A stretch of DNA of 64,000 bases. Origin: an uncultured Acidobacteriota bacterium. GTDB lineage: Bacteria > Acidobacteriota > Terriglobia > Terriglobales > Acidobacteriaceae. This document shows, piece after piece, positions 16,823 to 25,893 of the stretch. The notes below the pieces were generated by a model, which was not told the origin of the DNA, ran no database searches, and worked only from the letters and a program-made list of their open reading frames with translations. The DNA is taken from assembly GCA_963766785.1 (NCBI GenBank), contig CAVYBV010000003.1, positions 81,504 to 145,503 on the forward strand, in the 5' to 3' direction. Made by a program: the position numbers and the translations under genes. The stretch's first letter is position 1. Every line of letters starts with the position of its first letter.

Positions 16823-19800
16823 TCATGTTGCCGGTGCGGCAACTCGCAAATCGCAGCGGAGGCATCGAAGACACTCCTCCGCAGCCTCGGTTTCGGAAAG
16901 ACCGGCGACGACCTCTTCGCTGGACTGAACACGGGAAGCGGCCGCAACAGAGCCGCCGCGATGGCGTTTGCTCAGGCTGGGCGCATCCGGCGCCGCGCGG
17001 TTGTAATCCAGGTCGGGGAACATGCTGGCCCATCGCGACCCGCCCATCAAACGCTCATCGATGACGCGGGCAGCCTGCTTGCCTCCGGCCATGGCGTTGG
17101 AGACATTGGACGCGCCGGTGATGACGTCGCCTCCGGCGAAGAACCCCTGCCGGCTGGTCTCCTGGGTCAGGCGGTCGACCACCAGCGTGCCTTCGTCCTT
17201 CAGCGCCAGGCCGGAGGCGCGGCAGAAATCCAGATCGAAGGTTTCGCCCACGGCAAGGATGACGGCGTCGCACTCGAACCGCTGCACCTCTTCGGTCGGT
17301 ATGGGCCGGCGGCGGCCGGACTTGTCGTATTCGCCCAGGCGCGTCTTCACAACTTCGAGGGCGCGGACGCAGCCGGCGGCGTTGCCCAGGATGCGATGGG
17401 GCGCGGCTAGGAACACGAAGCGGACGCCTTCTTCTTCAGCCGCATCGATCTCTTCTTCAATGGCCGGCATCTCCTTGCGTTCGCGCCGATAGAAGATGGT
17501 TGCGGCGGCGCCCTTGCGGAGCGCGGTGCGCGCGGAGTCGATGGCCGCATTGCCTCCGCCGATGATGGCCACGCGGCTGGCTTCAGGCAGCGCCTGGCCG
17601 GTAACCGAGGACTGCAGGTAAGGAAGAGCGGGCAGCACGCCCTTCAATTCCGTGCCCGGCAGGTAAAGCCACGACTCCTTCCACGTTCCGATGGAAAGAA
17701 AGACGGCGTCGAAGCGATCGGCCAGCTCATTCAGCGAAACGTCCGTTCCCACCCGCGTGTTGCAGGCCAAGGTGACGCCCAGTCCGCGAATGAGTTCAAT
17801 CTCGCGGCGCAGCACCGATTTCGGCAGCCGGTATTCGGGGATGGCATAACGCAGCATGCCGCCCGGCTCCTGGTGATCGTCGAAGACGGTGACCTCGTGG
17901 CCGAGAAGAGCCAGGTAAAACGCTGCGGTGAGGCCGGTGGGGCCGGCTCCGGCCACGGCGATCCGGTGGCCGGTGGGCGAGAGCTTGCGCGCCGCCACGC
18001 GATCGGCGACGGCCTGAAAGCGATCGGAGGCAAACACGGCATCGGCGATGAACCGATGTGACTGGCGGACATTCACCACTTCGTCGAACGCCTGCCGCCG
18101 GCATCGGTTCTCGCATGGGTGCTGGCAGACCCGACCAGTGGACGCGGGGAGCGGGTTGTCGAGGATGACGGACACAAACGCATCTTCCAGCCGGCCTTCA
18201 TGCAGGAGTTCGAGGAAGCGGGGAATGTTCATGCGCAGCGGGCAACTGTTCTCGCACGGCGAAATGGCCAGCTCCTGGCAGACGCCGGCGCGGCAGCGAT
18301 GGGCCAGGATGTGGTCGTCGTATTCCTCGCGGAAGTGGCGCATCGTGGTCAGGACCGGATTGGGCGCGGAGTGACCGAGACCGCAGAGGGAAGTCTCGCG
18401 AATCATGCGCCCGAGCTCCTCCAGCAGCGCCAGCTCGCGTTCGGTTCCGTTGCCGCGGGTGATGTCGTCCAGGATGTGCAGGGCCTTGTCCAGCCCCACG
18501 CGGCAGGGCACGCACTTGCCGCACGACTCCGAGTGGGTGAACTCAAGGAAATAGCGCGCCACGTCCACCATGCAGTTGTCTTCGTCCATCACCACCATGC
18601 CGCCGGAGCCCATGATGGAGCCGATCTGCGCCAGGCTTTCATAGTCGACCGGGGTGTCGAACATTTCCGTGGGAATGCAGCCGCCTGACGGGCCGCCGGT
18701 CTGCACCGCTTTCACCCTGCGCCCGCCCACCGCACCGCCGCCCACGTCGTAAACAAAGGTTTTCAGCGGCGTGCCCAGCGGCATCTCCACCAGCCCGGTG
18801 TTTTCCACTTTGCCCACCAGTGAGAAAACTTTTGTCCCGGGGCTTTTCACGCTTCCCGTCTCCGCGAACCAGTTGGCGCCGCGGGCGACGATGGGAGCGA
18901 TGTTGCACAAGGTTTCGACGTTATTGATGACGGTGGGCTTTCCCCATAACCCGCGCTGCGCCGGATAGGGAGGACGGGGACGGGGACGGCCGGCCGAGTC
19001 TTCGAGTGAAGCGATCAGCGCCGTCTCTTCTCCGCAAACAAATGCGCCCGCGCCCTGCACCAGGTCGATATCGAATGCGAATCCGCGGTTCAAAATGTTG
19101 GGCCCGAGCAGGCCATACTCGCGCGCCTGCTCGATGGCGCGGGTAAGGCGGCGCACCGCCAGCGGATACTCGGCGCGGACATAGACGATGCCGCGCGTGG
19201 CTCCGGTCGCGTAAGCGCAGATGATCATGCCCTCAAGCAAGGCGTGGGGGTCGCCTTCAATCTCGTTGCGATTCATGTAGGCGCCGGGATCGCCTTCGTC
19301 GGCATTGCAGATGACGAACTTGGCGTCGCCTTTGGCGCGGGCCAGAAACTCCCATTTGTTTCCGGTGAGGAATCCGGCGCCGCCGCGGCCGCGAAGCCGC
19401 GCCGCCTTGATCTGCTCGATCACGGCTTCGGGCCGCTCATCGATGAGAATCTTGTAGAGCGACTGGTAGCCGCCGATGCCGATGTATTCTTCGATGTCTT
19501 CAGGATTGATGAGGCCGCAGCTGCGCAGCACGATTTTGCGCTGACCGTGAAAAAAGGGGATGGCGTCCCAGGAGGCGATCTCAGGGTAACCGGCGCCGTA
19601 GCGCAATTGAGCTGTGATGTGATCCCATTCTTCGATCTTGCAGTAGATCAGTTCAGGCGGCATCACCTGCCCGGCAACGCTCTCGAGCACGCTCTTGGCA
19701 TCCTGGGAGCGCACCCGGCGCAGCATCACCAGAGGAGCGCCGGGGATGTGAACGCCCACAATCGGCTCCTCAAAGCACGCGCCAAAGCAACCCACGCTCA

Positions 19801-19984
19801 CCAGCTCGACGTCCTGCCCGCTGGAGCCGATGGCCTCGTGCAGCGCATGCAGCAGAGCCTCCGCGCCGTTGCCTTGCCCGCAGGTTCCCATGCCCACGGT
19901 AATCCGTGGAATCGGGGGCATCAGCTTGGCCAGCCCGGCTTCGCGAACCGCCTGAAACTCTCCCAGATCGTGGATGCGCGGCAT
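16823..19984 (-). CDS. NuoF/HoxF-like NADH-FMN flavoprotein fused to a GltD-like NADPH/FAD oxidoreductase domain (1053 aa)
   Basis: Track ORF is 16823..20248. The start is moved to the ATG at 19984 (MPRIHDLGEF), 2 nt after the nuoE-like stop, with GAGGAGG upstream. The NuoF core has GRGGAGFLTGNKW (FMN), ADEGDPGAY and ESCGKCVPCR (N3 cluster). The C-terminal half has CxxxC/CxxxC cluster motifs (CENSCP, CQHPCENRC) and the dinucleotide fold IAVAGAGPTGLTAAFYL plus IIGGGNAAID, as in GltD/NfnB. Confidence 0.9.
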   Translation of the reverse strand: MPRIHDLGEFQAVREAGLAKLMPPIPRITVGMGTCGQGNGAEALLHALHEAIGSSGQDVELVSVGCFGACFEEPIVGVHIPGAPLVMLRRVRSQDAKSVLESVAGQVMPPELIYCKIEEWDHITAQLRYGAGYPEIASWDAIPFFHGQRKIVLRSCGLINPEDIEEYIGIGGYQSLYKILIDERPEAVIEQIKAARLRGRGGAGFLTGNKWEFLARAKGDAKFVICNADEGDPGAYMNRNEIEGDPHALLEGMIICAYATGATRGIVYVRAEYPLAVRRLTRAIEQAREYGLLGPNILNRGFAFDIDLVQGAGAFVCGEETALIASLEDSAGRPRPRPPYPAQRGLWGKPTVINNVETLCNIAPIVARGANWFAETGSVKSPGTKVFSLVGKVENTGLVEMPLGTPLKTFVYDVGGGAVGGRRVKAVQTGGPSGGCIPTEMFDTPVDYESLAQIGSIMGSGGMVVMDEDNCMVDVARYFLEFTHSESCGKCVPCRVGLDKALHILDDITRGNGTERELALLEELGRMIRETSLCGLGHSAPNPVLTTMRHFREEYDDHILAHRCRAGVCQELAISPCENSCPLRMNIPRFLELLHEGRLEDAFVSVILDNPLPASTGRVCQHPCENRCRRQAFDEVVNVRQSHRFIADAVFASDRFQAVADRVAARKLSPTGHRIAVAGAGPTGLTAAFYLALLGHEVTVFDDHQEPGGMLRYAIPEYRLPKSVLRREIELIRGLGVTLACNTRVGTDVSLNELADRFDAVFLSIGTWKESWLYLPGTELKGVLPALPYLQSSVTGQALPEASRVAIIGGGNAAIDSARTALRKGAAATIFYRRERKEMPAIEEEIDAAEEEGVRFVFLAAPHRILGNAAGCVRALEVVKTRLGEYDKSGRRRPIPTEEVQRFECDAVILAVGETFDLDFCRASGLALKDEGTLVVDRLTQETSRQGFFAGGDVITGASNVSNAMAGGKQAARVIDERLMGGSRWASMFPDLDYNRAAPDAPSLSKRHRGGSVAAASRVQSSEEVVAGLSETEAAEECLRCLRCDLRVAAPAT

Positions 19985-19986
19985 CG

Positions 19987-20526
19987 TCAGCCCCTCCTCG
20001 GCATCAGGGCGTGCACCTCGCGCTGCAAAGTGCGTTCGTTCACGTGACCGAGAACCTGGTGATTGATTTCGGCCACCGGCGCCAGGGCGCACTGGCCAAA
20101 GCAGGCCACGGTGCGAATGGTGAACTTGCGGTCCGCCGTGGTCAGCGAAAGCTTGTCGGCGCTGCTCAGCTCGTGGCCTTCGCCGGCGGATAATCCCAGG
20201 TCCATGCAAAGCTTCTCGAGAAGATCGCGCGATCCCCGCGTGTGGCACGCCGTGCCGCGGCAGACGCAGATGGTGTGTTCCCCCTGCGGAACCAGGTTGA
20301 AGAGAGCGAAGAAGCTGGCCGCGCTGTAAATTCGCGCCGCGGGCAGTCCGGTTTTTTCCGCGATGGCTTCAAGCGCGGGCAGCGATAGAAAGCGGTGGGG
20401 ATTGCCCCGCTGCACAGCTTCCAGAATCCCCAGCAACGCGCCCGGCCGGTTCTCATGATTGCCGACGCTTTGCTCGATGAGGAGCTTTTCCTGCGGGCTC
20501 AATGGATCTGGCGTTCGAACCTGCAT
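19987..20526 (-). CDS. NuoE/HoxE/HydC-like [2Fe-2S] thioredoxin-fold subunit
   Basis: Track ORF is 19987..20589. The preferred start is the ATG at 20526 (MQVRTPDP), with AGGAGG 4 nt upstream. Cluster ligands sit in CVCRGTAC ... CFGQC. Confidence 0.85.
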   Translation of the reverse strand: MQVRTPDPLSPQEKLLIEQSVGNHENRPGALLGILEAVQRGNPHRFLSLPALEAIAEKTGLPAARIYSAASFFALFNLVPQGEHTICVCRGTACHTRGSRDLLEKLCMDLGLSAGEGHELSSADKLSLTTADRKFTIRTVACFGQCALAPVAEINHQVLGHVNERTLQREVHALMPRRG

Positions 20527-20997
20527 CGATCCTCCTACTGACTTTTCAGCGAGCCCTCTTGCCATCCGATTCCAGGTGTACTGGCCCATGGCGTATCCCC
20601 GGAGAGCACGCTTGCGTGAGATTCGGCGTAAGCGAAAATCCTCCAGCGCAACCCGCGCAAGCGATCGATTTCGCAGACCGTTGCTTCTCCGTGCGAGAAG
20701 CGAATCCGGCTACAGAGCATACTCCAAACCGACCCACCAGCGAAGTGATGCAGAGAAAAAAACGCATTGAGAATCAACGGAATGGATGCGGTCGTGACAC
20801 TCATCACAGGAATGCGGCACGAAAACGTGCTATCACAAGCAGTGCTCCGCTAAACGCTGCGGACTGCGGTCCTGACCTGCCGGCAGACGCTCCCCCGCGA
20901 AGCACTGCCGGCTCGTGCACGTGGGACCCGAGCGGGCATTTCGGAATCAACCCCACGCGTAAAGAAACTGGGCCATTGGTTGCAATGAGAGGACTCG

Positions 20998-23900
20998 ATG
21001 CCGGCTTCAGGCAATGCCGCGCTTCTTCCACTTCCATTCGTTCTTCTTTGTGCCGGCGCGTTGTTCGAACTGTTGATCGGGCGGCTTTTCTCTTCCCGGA
21101 TAAAGGGCGTCATCGCCGTGCTCAGTTCCATTTCGGCACTGGCCGTTGTCGTCGCACTGCTGCCGGCGATCCGAAATGGAACCACCTTCGATCTGCGTTT
21201 GGGAACGTGGGACGGTCCGCTTGCCATCGCCCTGCACGCGGACGCGCTGAGCGCGCTGTTTGCCCTGATGGGAACCCTGCTCGGGACCATCGTGCTGCTT
21301 TACTCCATCGGTTACATGGCCCGGGATCCGGCGGCCACGCGCTTCTACGCCACCATGCTGCTCTTCATCGGCGGCTTTGTGGGCCTGGTCTTCTGCGCCA
21401 ATCTCCTGCTCCTCTATCTCTGCTGGGAGCTGATCGGCCTTTGTTCCTTCAGTCTGGTGGGATTCTGGTATCGCCAGCCCGAGGCAGTTCGCGGCGCGCG
21501 CAAGGTGCTGCTGATGACGCACATTGCCGGCTACGGTCTGCTTGCCGCCGTGCTGGTGTTGTACTTCAGGTCGGGAACGGCCATCTGGACCGACCCCGCG
21601 ATCGCGCACAATTTTTCTACCGGCGTGTTTCTGCTCATGCTGGTGGCGCTGGTCGCCAAGTCGGTGCAGGTTCCGCTGCATACCTGGATACCGGACGCGA
21701 TGGCCGCGCCCACTCCGGTCAGCTCGCTGCTGCACGCGGCCTGCTACGTCACTGCCGGCGTCTACCTGGCCGCGCGCATGCACAGTTTCGCCGCGTGGGC
21801 GCCGGCGTGGAACGCGATCCTTATTGTCATCGCCACCACCACCATGCTTGTGGGCGTGATGTACGCCATGGTGCAGAGCGACCTGAAGCGCATGCTGGCC
21901 TTCTCCACTGTGAGCCAGATCGGTTACATGCTGCTCGGCATCGGCATCGGCACGCCCCTGGGCATCATGGCGGGGCTTCTGCATTGCCTCAATCACGGAT
22001 TCTTCAAAGGCGGGCTGTTCCTCAACGCCGGCGCGGTGCAGCATGCTGCCGGCACCCGCGACATGAACCGCCTGGGCGGGCTGGCCGCGCGCATGCCGCG
22101 CACCACGCTGGCCTGGATGGTGGGCGTGGGCAACATGGCCGGCATTCCCCTCATGAGCGGCTTCGTCAGCAAATGGATGCTGTATGCCGCGGCGCTCCAG
22201 GCGGGCTGGGTCGTGCCCGCGGTGGTGGCGTGGATCGCCAGCCTGGGAACCGTGTTCATCTGCGCCAAGGCCACCAGCGCGGTGTTCTTCGGTCCAACCA
22301 CCGAATGCACCCGCGAAGCCCACGAGGCTTCCCCCTCCATGCAGTGGGCGATGGGACTGATGGCGCTGGGCAGCGTTATTCTCGGCATCGCGCCGCAGAT
22401 TGCCGCGGTTCTGTTCTTCCGGCCGATGCTCTCGGCATTGGGCCTCGACAGCGCGCTGCGCGTTTCCTGGCTGGGATTTTTCAGCGGTGCGGGCGTGTTT
22501 TCCACCAGCGGCGGTCTGGTGCTGGCCGTGTTTTCCTTCCTCCTCGGCGCGGCCATCTTCGCCCTGGCGCGCGTCTCCAGAACGGCTCCGGCGCTGGCTG
22601 CGGCGGGAGCCGGAGGAGGCGTGCTGGCCAGCGGAGGCGGCGGCGTCTTTACCGGCGGCGAACCGCTGTGGAGCCAGGATCATCTGACCGCAAGCGATTT
22701 TTCCCTTATCTTCGAACAGAACTGGCGCGGCTTCTTCCGCTGGTCGAACGTCGATCGCGCCTACGCGTACCTGCTTGCCGGGGTGAGAGCGGTGGCCGGG
22801 GCGCTGGCCCAGCCGGTGTCGTCTATGGCGAGCCGTCCGCTGGGGTGGCTTGCCGTGCTGCCGGTCGCACTTCTTCTCGGCATCCGCTATGCGGTGCATG
22901 CGCCCCTGCTGGCAGCGCAGTTTCCCGCGCTTCCCGTGCCGGAATTGCTCACCGCGGGCCTGTGTTTTGCAGCCGTCGCGCTGGTTTGCGCCGCCGCTGA
23001 AACCAGCGAAGACCGCTTCTTGCCCCTCGAAATCGCCCTCGTTGCCACCTTGTCGATTGCCGGCTGCATCACGGAGCACGAAGGGCCGCGGTACTGGCTG
23101 CTGGAGGCATCGGCGCTGCTGAGCGTGCTGCCGGTGTGGAGAGCGGCGCGCACCCGTTCTTCGCGCCTCCTCTATCTTGCCGTGGTGGTTCTCTCCGCAC
23201 TATGCCTCGGAGTCTCGCAACTGCTGAGCGGCCCTGACCAGATCGACTGGAGCCGGGCCTTCTTCATCACCGGGATCTGCGTCAAGCTGGCCGTCATCCC
23301 GTTCTTCTTCTGGATTCTGCGCCTGGCCGATGAGCTGCCCGCGGTTTTGCTCGGACTGATCGTGGCCGTCATTGACATGGCGGCTGTGGGCGAGGTCCTG
23401 GTGCGCGCTCAATCCGATCCCAACCAGTTCGCGCCCGCGGCCTTTGGCCTCATCCTTGCGTTCCTCTCGAGCTTTGGCGCCGCCCTGCTCATGGTGGCCC
23501 AGCGCAGCCTCAAGCGCCTGCTTGTCCTGTCCAGCATTGAAGACGTCGGCTTTATCATCCTCGGCCTCTCTTCGTTCAGCACCGTGGGCCGCGACGGCGT
23601 TCTGCTGGCCGCGGTAACCCATACCCTGGCCAAAAGTCTTCTCTTCATTTCCATCGCCGCTCCCGAGCGCGACGGCGTGCTGGACGCGAGAGGCACCGGA
23701 ATGGCGGCGCGCTACCCGTTCAGCGCCTTTGCCTTCGTCATCGGAATGTTCGGGATGCTGGGCGTGCCCCCGCTGCTCGGATACGCGGGGCGCTGGAGAC
23801 TCTATGAGGCAGCGCTTGACGTGCATCCGGCGCTGCTGGGCGGATTCATTGCCGCTTCCATCCTCGCCCTCATCGCTTACACCGGCGCGCTGGCCAGATT

Positions 23901-24090
23901 CTGGTGGGGCGCCGCGCATGTTGCCGGGCAGAATGAGATTTACGGCAACGAATCCCGGTGGCACTCTCCTTCGCTGCTACGCGAATCGTGGCTGGTAAGA
24001 GCTGTCATGTTCGTTCTTATTTCCATCCTGGTGGGCGCGGGGCTCTGCCCTCAGTTCGTGCTCCAGGCGTTCCAGGGAGGCCGTCCATGA
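20998..24090 (+). CDS. hydrogenase membrane subunit with two fused antiporter-like (NuoL/MrpA-type) modules, CooM-like (1030 aa)
   Basis: The N-terminal module has the canonical motif AKSVQVPLHTWIPDAMAAPTPVSSLLH and KRMLAFSTVSQIGYM. A Gly-rich linker (AGAGGGVLASGGGGVFTGGEP) follows. The second module is divergent (KLAVIPFFFWILRLADE, KRLLVLSSIEDVGF, HTLAKSLLF). RBS-like AGAGGA sits before the ATG. Confidence 0.85.
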   Translation: MPASGNAALLPLPFVLLCAGALFELLIGRLFSSRIKGVIAVLSSISALAVVVALLPAIRNGTTFDLRLGTWDGPLAIALHADALSALFALMGTLLGTIVLLYSIGYMARDPAATRFYATMLLFIGGFVGLVFCANLLLLYLCWELIGLCSFSLVGFWYRQPEAVRGARKVLLMTHIAGYGLLAAVLVLYFRSGTAIWTDPAIAHNFSTGVFLLMLVALVAKSVQVPLHTWIPDAMAAPTPVSSLLHAACYVTAGVYLAARMHSFAAWAPAWNAILIVIATTTMLVGVMYAMVQSDLKRMLAFSTVSQIGYMLLGIGIGTPLGIMAGLLHCLNHGFFKGGLFLNAGAVQHAAGTRDMNRLGGLAARMPRTTLAWMVGVGNMAGIPLMSGFVSKWMLYAAALQAGWVVPAVVAWIASLGTVFICAKATSAVFFGPTTECTREAHEASPSMQWAMGLMALGSVILGIAPQIAAVLFFRPMLSALGLDSALRVSWLGFFSGAGVFSTSGGLVLAVFSFLLGAAIFALARVSRTAPALAAAGAGGGVLASGGGGVFTGGEPLWSQDHLTASDFSLIFEQNWRGFFRWSNVDRAYAYLLAGVRAVAGALAQPVSSMASRPLGWLAVLPVALLLGIRYAVHAPLLAAQFPALPVPELLTAGLCFAAVALVCAAAETSEDRFLPLEIALVATLSIAGCITEHEGPRYWLLEASALLSVLPVWRAARTRSSRLLYLAVVVLSALCLGVSQLLSGPDQIDWSRAFFITGICVKLAVIPFFFWILRLADELPAVLLGLIVAVIDMAAVGEVLVRAQSDPNQFAPAAFGLILAFLSSFGAALLMVAQRSLKRLLVLSSIEDVGFIILGLSSFSTVGRDGVLLAAVTHTLAKSLLFISIAAPERDGVLDARGTGMAARYPFSAFAFVIGMFGMLGVPPLLGYAGRWRLYEAALDVHPALLGGFIAASILALIAYTGALARFWWGAAHVAGQNEIYGNESRWHSPSLLRESWLVRAVMFVLISILVGAGLCPQFVLQAFQGGRP

Positions 24091-24581
24091 GCTGGTGGAA
24101 TCGTCTGCTTTGTCTCTGCCGCCGCCGCAGCCCGTGGATCTTCCACATGAACTCGGGAAGCTGCAACGGCTGCGATATCGAACTTGTCGCCGCCCTCACC
24201 CCGCGCTACGACGCCGAGCAGCTCGGCGTGCTCCTGCAGGGCAGCCCGCGCCATGCCGACATTGTTTGCGTAACCGGTCCGGTCACGCGCACCGCTGCTC
24301 CGGCCATTCGCAGGGTCTTCGACCAGGTCTGCAGTCCGAAAGCTGTCGTCGCCATCGGATCGTGTCCGGCAACGACCAACGTTTTCATTCAGAGCCGCAC
24401 CCTGGAGGGGCCGCTCGAAAAACATATTCCGGTCGACGTGTTTGTCCCCGGCTGCCCGCCGCGGCCCGACGCCATTATGCGCGGGATCGCCGCAGCCGCC
24501 GGTTTGCTTGCCTCCCGCGGCCGCGAACCCGGCCATCCGTCGCAGCCTGCACCGGAGATTCAACAGGAGGCTGCGAAATGA
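24087..24581 (+). CDS. [NiFe]-hydrogenase group 4 small subunit (NuoB-like)
   Basis: The ATG at 24087 forms an ATGA overlap with the upstream stop, and AGGGAGG precedes it. [4Fe-4S] ligands lie in GSCNGCD ... GSCP ... GCPP. Confidence 0.9.
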   Translation: MSWWNRLLCLCRRRSPWIFHMNSGSCNGCDIELVAALTPRYDAEQLGVLLQGSPRHADIVCVTGPVTRTAAPAIRRVFDQVCSPKAVVAIGSCPATTNVFIQSRTLEGPLEKHIPVDVFVPGCPPRPDAIMRGIAAAAGLLASRGREPGHPSQPAPEIQQEAAK

Positions 24582-25492
24582 ACCTCCTCACCACCCTGGC
24601 GCGATTCTTCATCTTCCCGGGTTTGCTGTTTGCCGTTCCCGCGGCATGGTTTGTTCTCTGGCTGGAGCGCAAAGCGGTGGCGCTGCTGCAGCGGCGGATC
24701 GGACCTCCGTTCGGGCAGCCCTTCTTTGACTTCGTCAAGCTGCTGGGCAAAACCACTCCGCCACGGCCCGGCCTCGAAGGCGCGCTCTTGCGCGCATGGC
24801 CGCTGATCGCGGTATCCGCCGCGGCCGGAGCGGTGGCCATGCTGCCGGTCTTTCCCTCGCGCGGCGGGTTCCCCGGCGACCTCATCCTGCTCCTTGCGCT
24901 GATGGAGATTCCCGCCATTTGCCTCATCGTCGCCGGTTTTACCTCGGGCTCGCTGTTCGGCGAGATCGGCTCCGCCCGCGAAGCTGTGCTTCTGGTCTCC
25001 TACAACGTTGTCTTCCTGCTGGCCGCCTTCTCCATCGCCTCCACCCAGCACACCTTCCGGCTTGAGGCCATCGTCACCGGCCCCGCAACTCCATGGCGCT
25101 GGCTCGGCGTGCTTGCCATCCTCATTTGCCTGCCCGCCAGGCTTCATGTCAATCCTTTCTCCCTGCCCAACGCCGAGCAGGAGATCTACGCCGGACCGAT
25201 GACCGAATACGCCGGATTCGAATTAGCGCTTTGGCAGCTCAGTCACGGGCTGGAATGGATCGCCGGAGTGGGCCTGGTTACAACTCTCGCCATCCCTCCA
25301 TCCCCCCAGGCGTGGCTCACCGTCGCGGAGTTCCTCTTGTTCGGATTTGCCATCGTGCTTCTGCTCTCCCTGGTCGCCGCGGCCACCGCCCGCCTCGCCA
25401 TCGACACTACCGTTCGCTTCTACTGGCGATGCGCCCTGGTGTTCATCGTCGCCGCGTTCTCCTCCGCAATCCTGGTGAGGTGGCGGTCATGA
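24578..25492 (+). CDS. hydrogenase membrane subunit, NuoH/HycD/CooK-like
   Basis: ATGA overlap at 24578-24581 with CAGGAGG upstream. MNLLTTLARFFIFPG...WLERKAVALLQRRIGP is the typical NuoH-family N-terminus. Polytopic membrane protein. Confidence 0.9.
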   Translation: MNLLTTLARFFIFPGLLFAVPAAWFVLWLERKAVALLQRRIGPPFGQPFFDFVKLLGKTTPPRPGLEGALLRAWPLIAVSAAAGAVAMLPVFPSRGGFPGDLILLLALMEIPAICLIVAGFTSGSLFGEIGSAREAVLLVSYNVVFLLAAFSIASTQHTFRLEAIVTGPATPWRWLGVLAILICLPARLHVNPFSLPNAEQEIYAGPMTEYAGFELALWQLSHGLEWIAGVGLVTTLAIPPSPQAWLTVAEFLLFGFAIVLLLSLVAAATARLAIDTTVRFYWRCALVFIVAAFSSAILVRWRS

Positions 25493-25893
25493 AAATGCTG
25501 CGCTTCCTCTGGAAAAACTTATGGAACGGAATCGTGACCCTGCGCTTTCCCGCCCGGCCTGCGGTCGAGGAGCGCTTCCGCGGAAGAATCTGCTTCGATC
25601 CGGAACTCTGCACCGGATGCGCCATGTGCCGCTTCCGCTGCACCAGCGGAGCCATCCGTTTCACCGCGGCCGGCAAGGCCTTCACCTGGGATTACAACCC
25701 CGGACAATGCACGTTTTGCGGCCGCTGCGTTGAAGGATGCAAGGACCACGCCCTCAGCCAGGAATCGGACAGCCCGCCGCTGTACGAAACGGCCGGGGGC
25801 CTGAAGGTCAGCTATACCTTGCAGCGCAAGACGCCGCCGCCCAAATCGCCAGCCGCCCCTGCCGCTGCTACTCAGCCCGGAGGCGCTTCATGA
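25489..25893 (+). CDS. 2x[4Fe-4S] ferredoxin-type subunit (NuoI/HycF/CooX-like)
   Basis: ATGA overlap at 25489-25492. Two motifs, CTGCAMCRFRC and CTFCGRCVEGC. Confidence 0.85.
   Translation: MKMLRFLWKNLWNGIVTLRFPARPAVEERFRGRICFDPELCTGCAMCRFRCTSGAIRFTAAGKAFTWDYNPGQCTFCGRCVEGCKDHALSQESDSPPLYETAGGLKVSYTLQRKTPPPKSPAAPAAATQPGGAS

Noticed and set aside
19985-20248. 88-codon N-terminal extension of the NuoF-GltD ORF (and similarly 16813..16947 for the HoxU-like ORF)
   Set aside because: The extensions overlap the upstream genes, are Arg/Pro-rich, and lack an RBS. The internal starts at 19984 and 16812 have good RBS and sit just after the upstream stop codons.
20814-20831. Sigma-54-like element GGCACG-N7-TGC upstream of the hydrogenase operon
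   Set aside because: The GG-to-GC spacing is one nucleotide longer than the -24/-12 consensus, and no enhancer-binding protein gene is nearby. The same bases are equally well described as the palindrome GCACG-aaaa-CGTGC.
20502-23079. 832-aa plus-strand ORF 20502..23000 and 690-aa minus-strand ORF 21007..23079
   Set aside because: Both overlap the antiporter-like hydrogenase subunit gene in other frames. Their Arg/Gly/Pro-rich translations lack TM segments or motifs. The 20998..24090 frame has unmistakable NuoL-type motifs.
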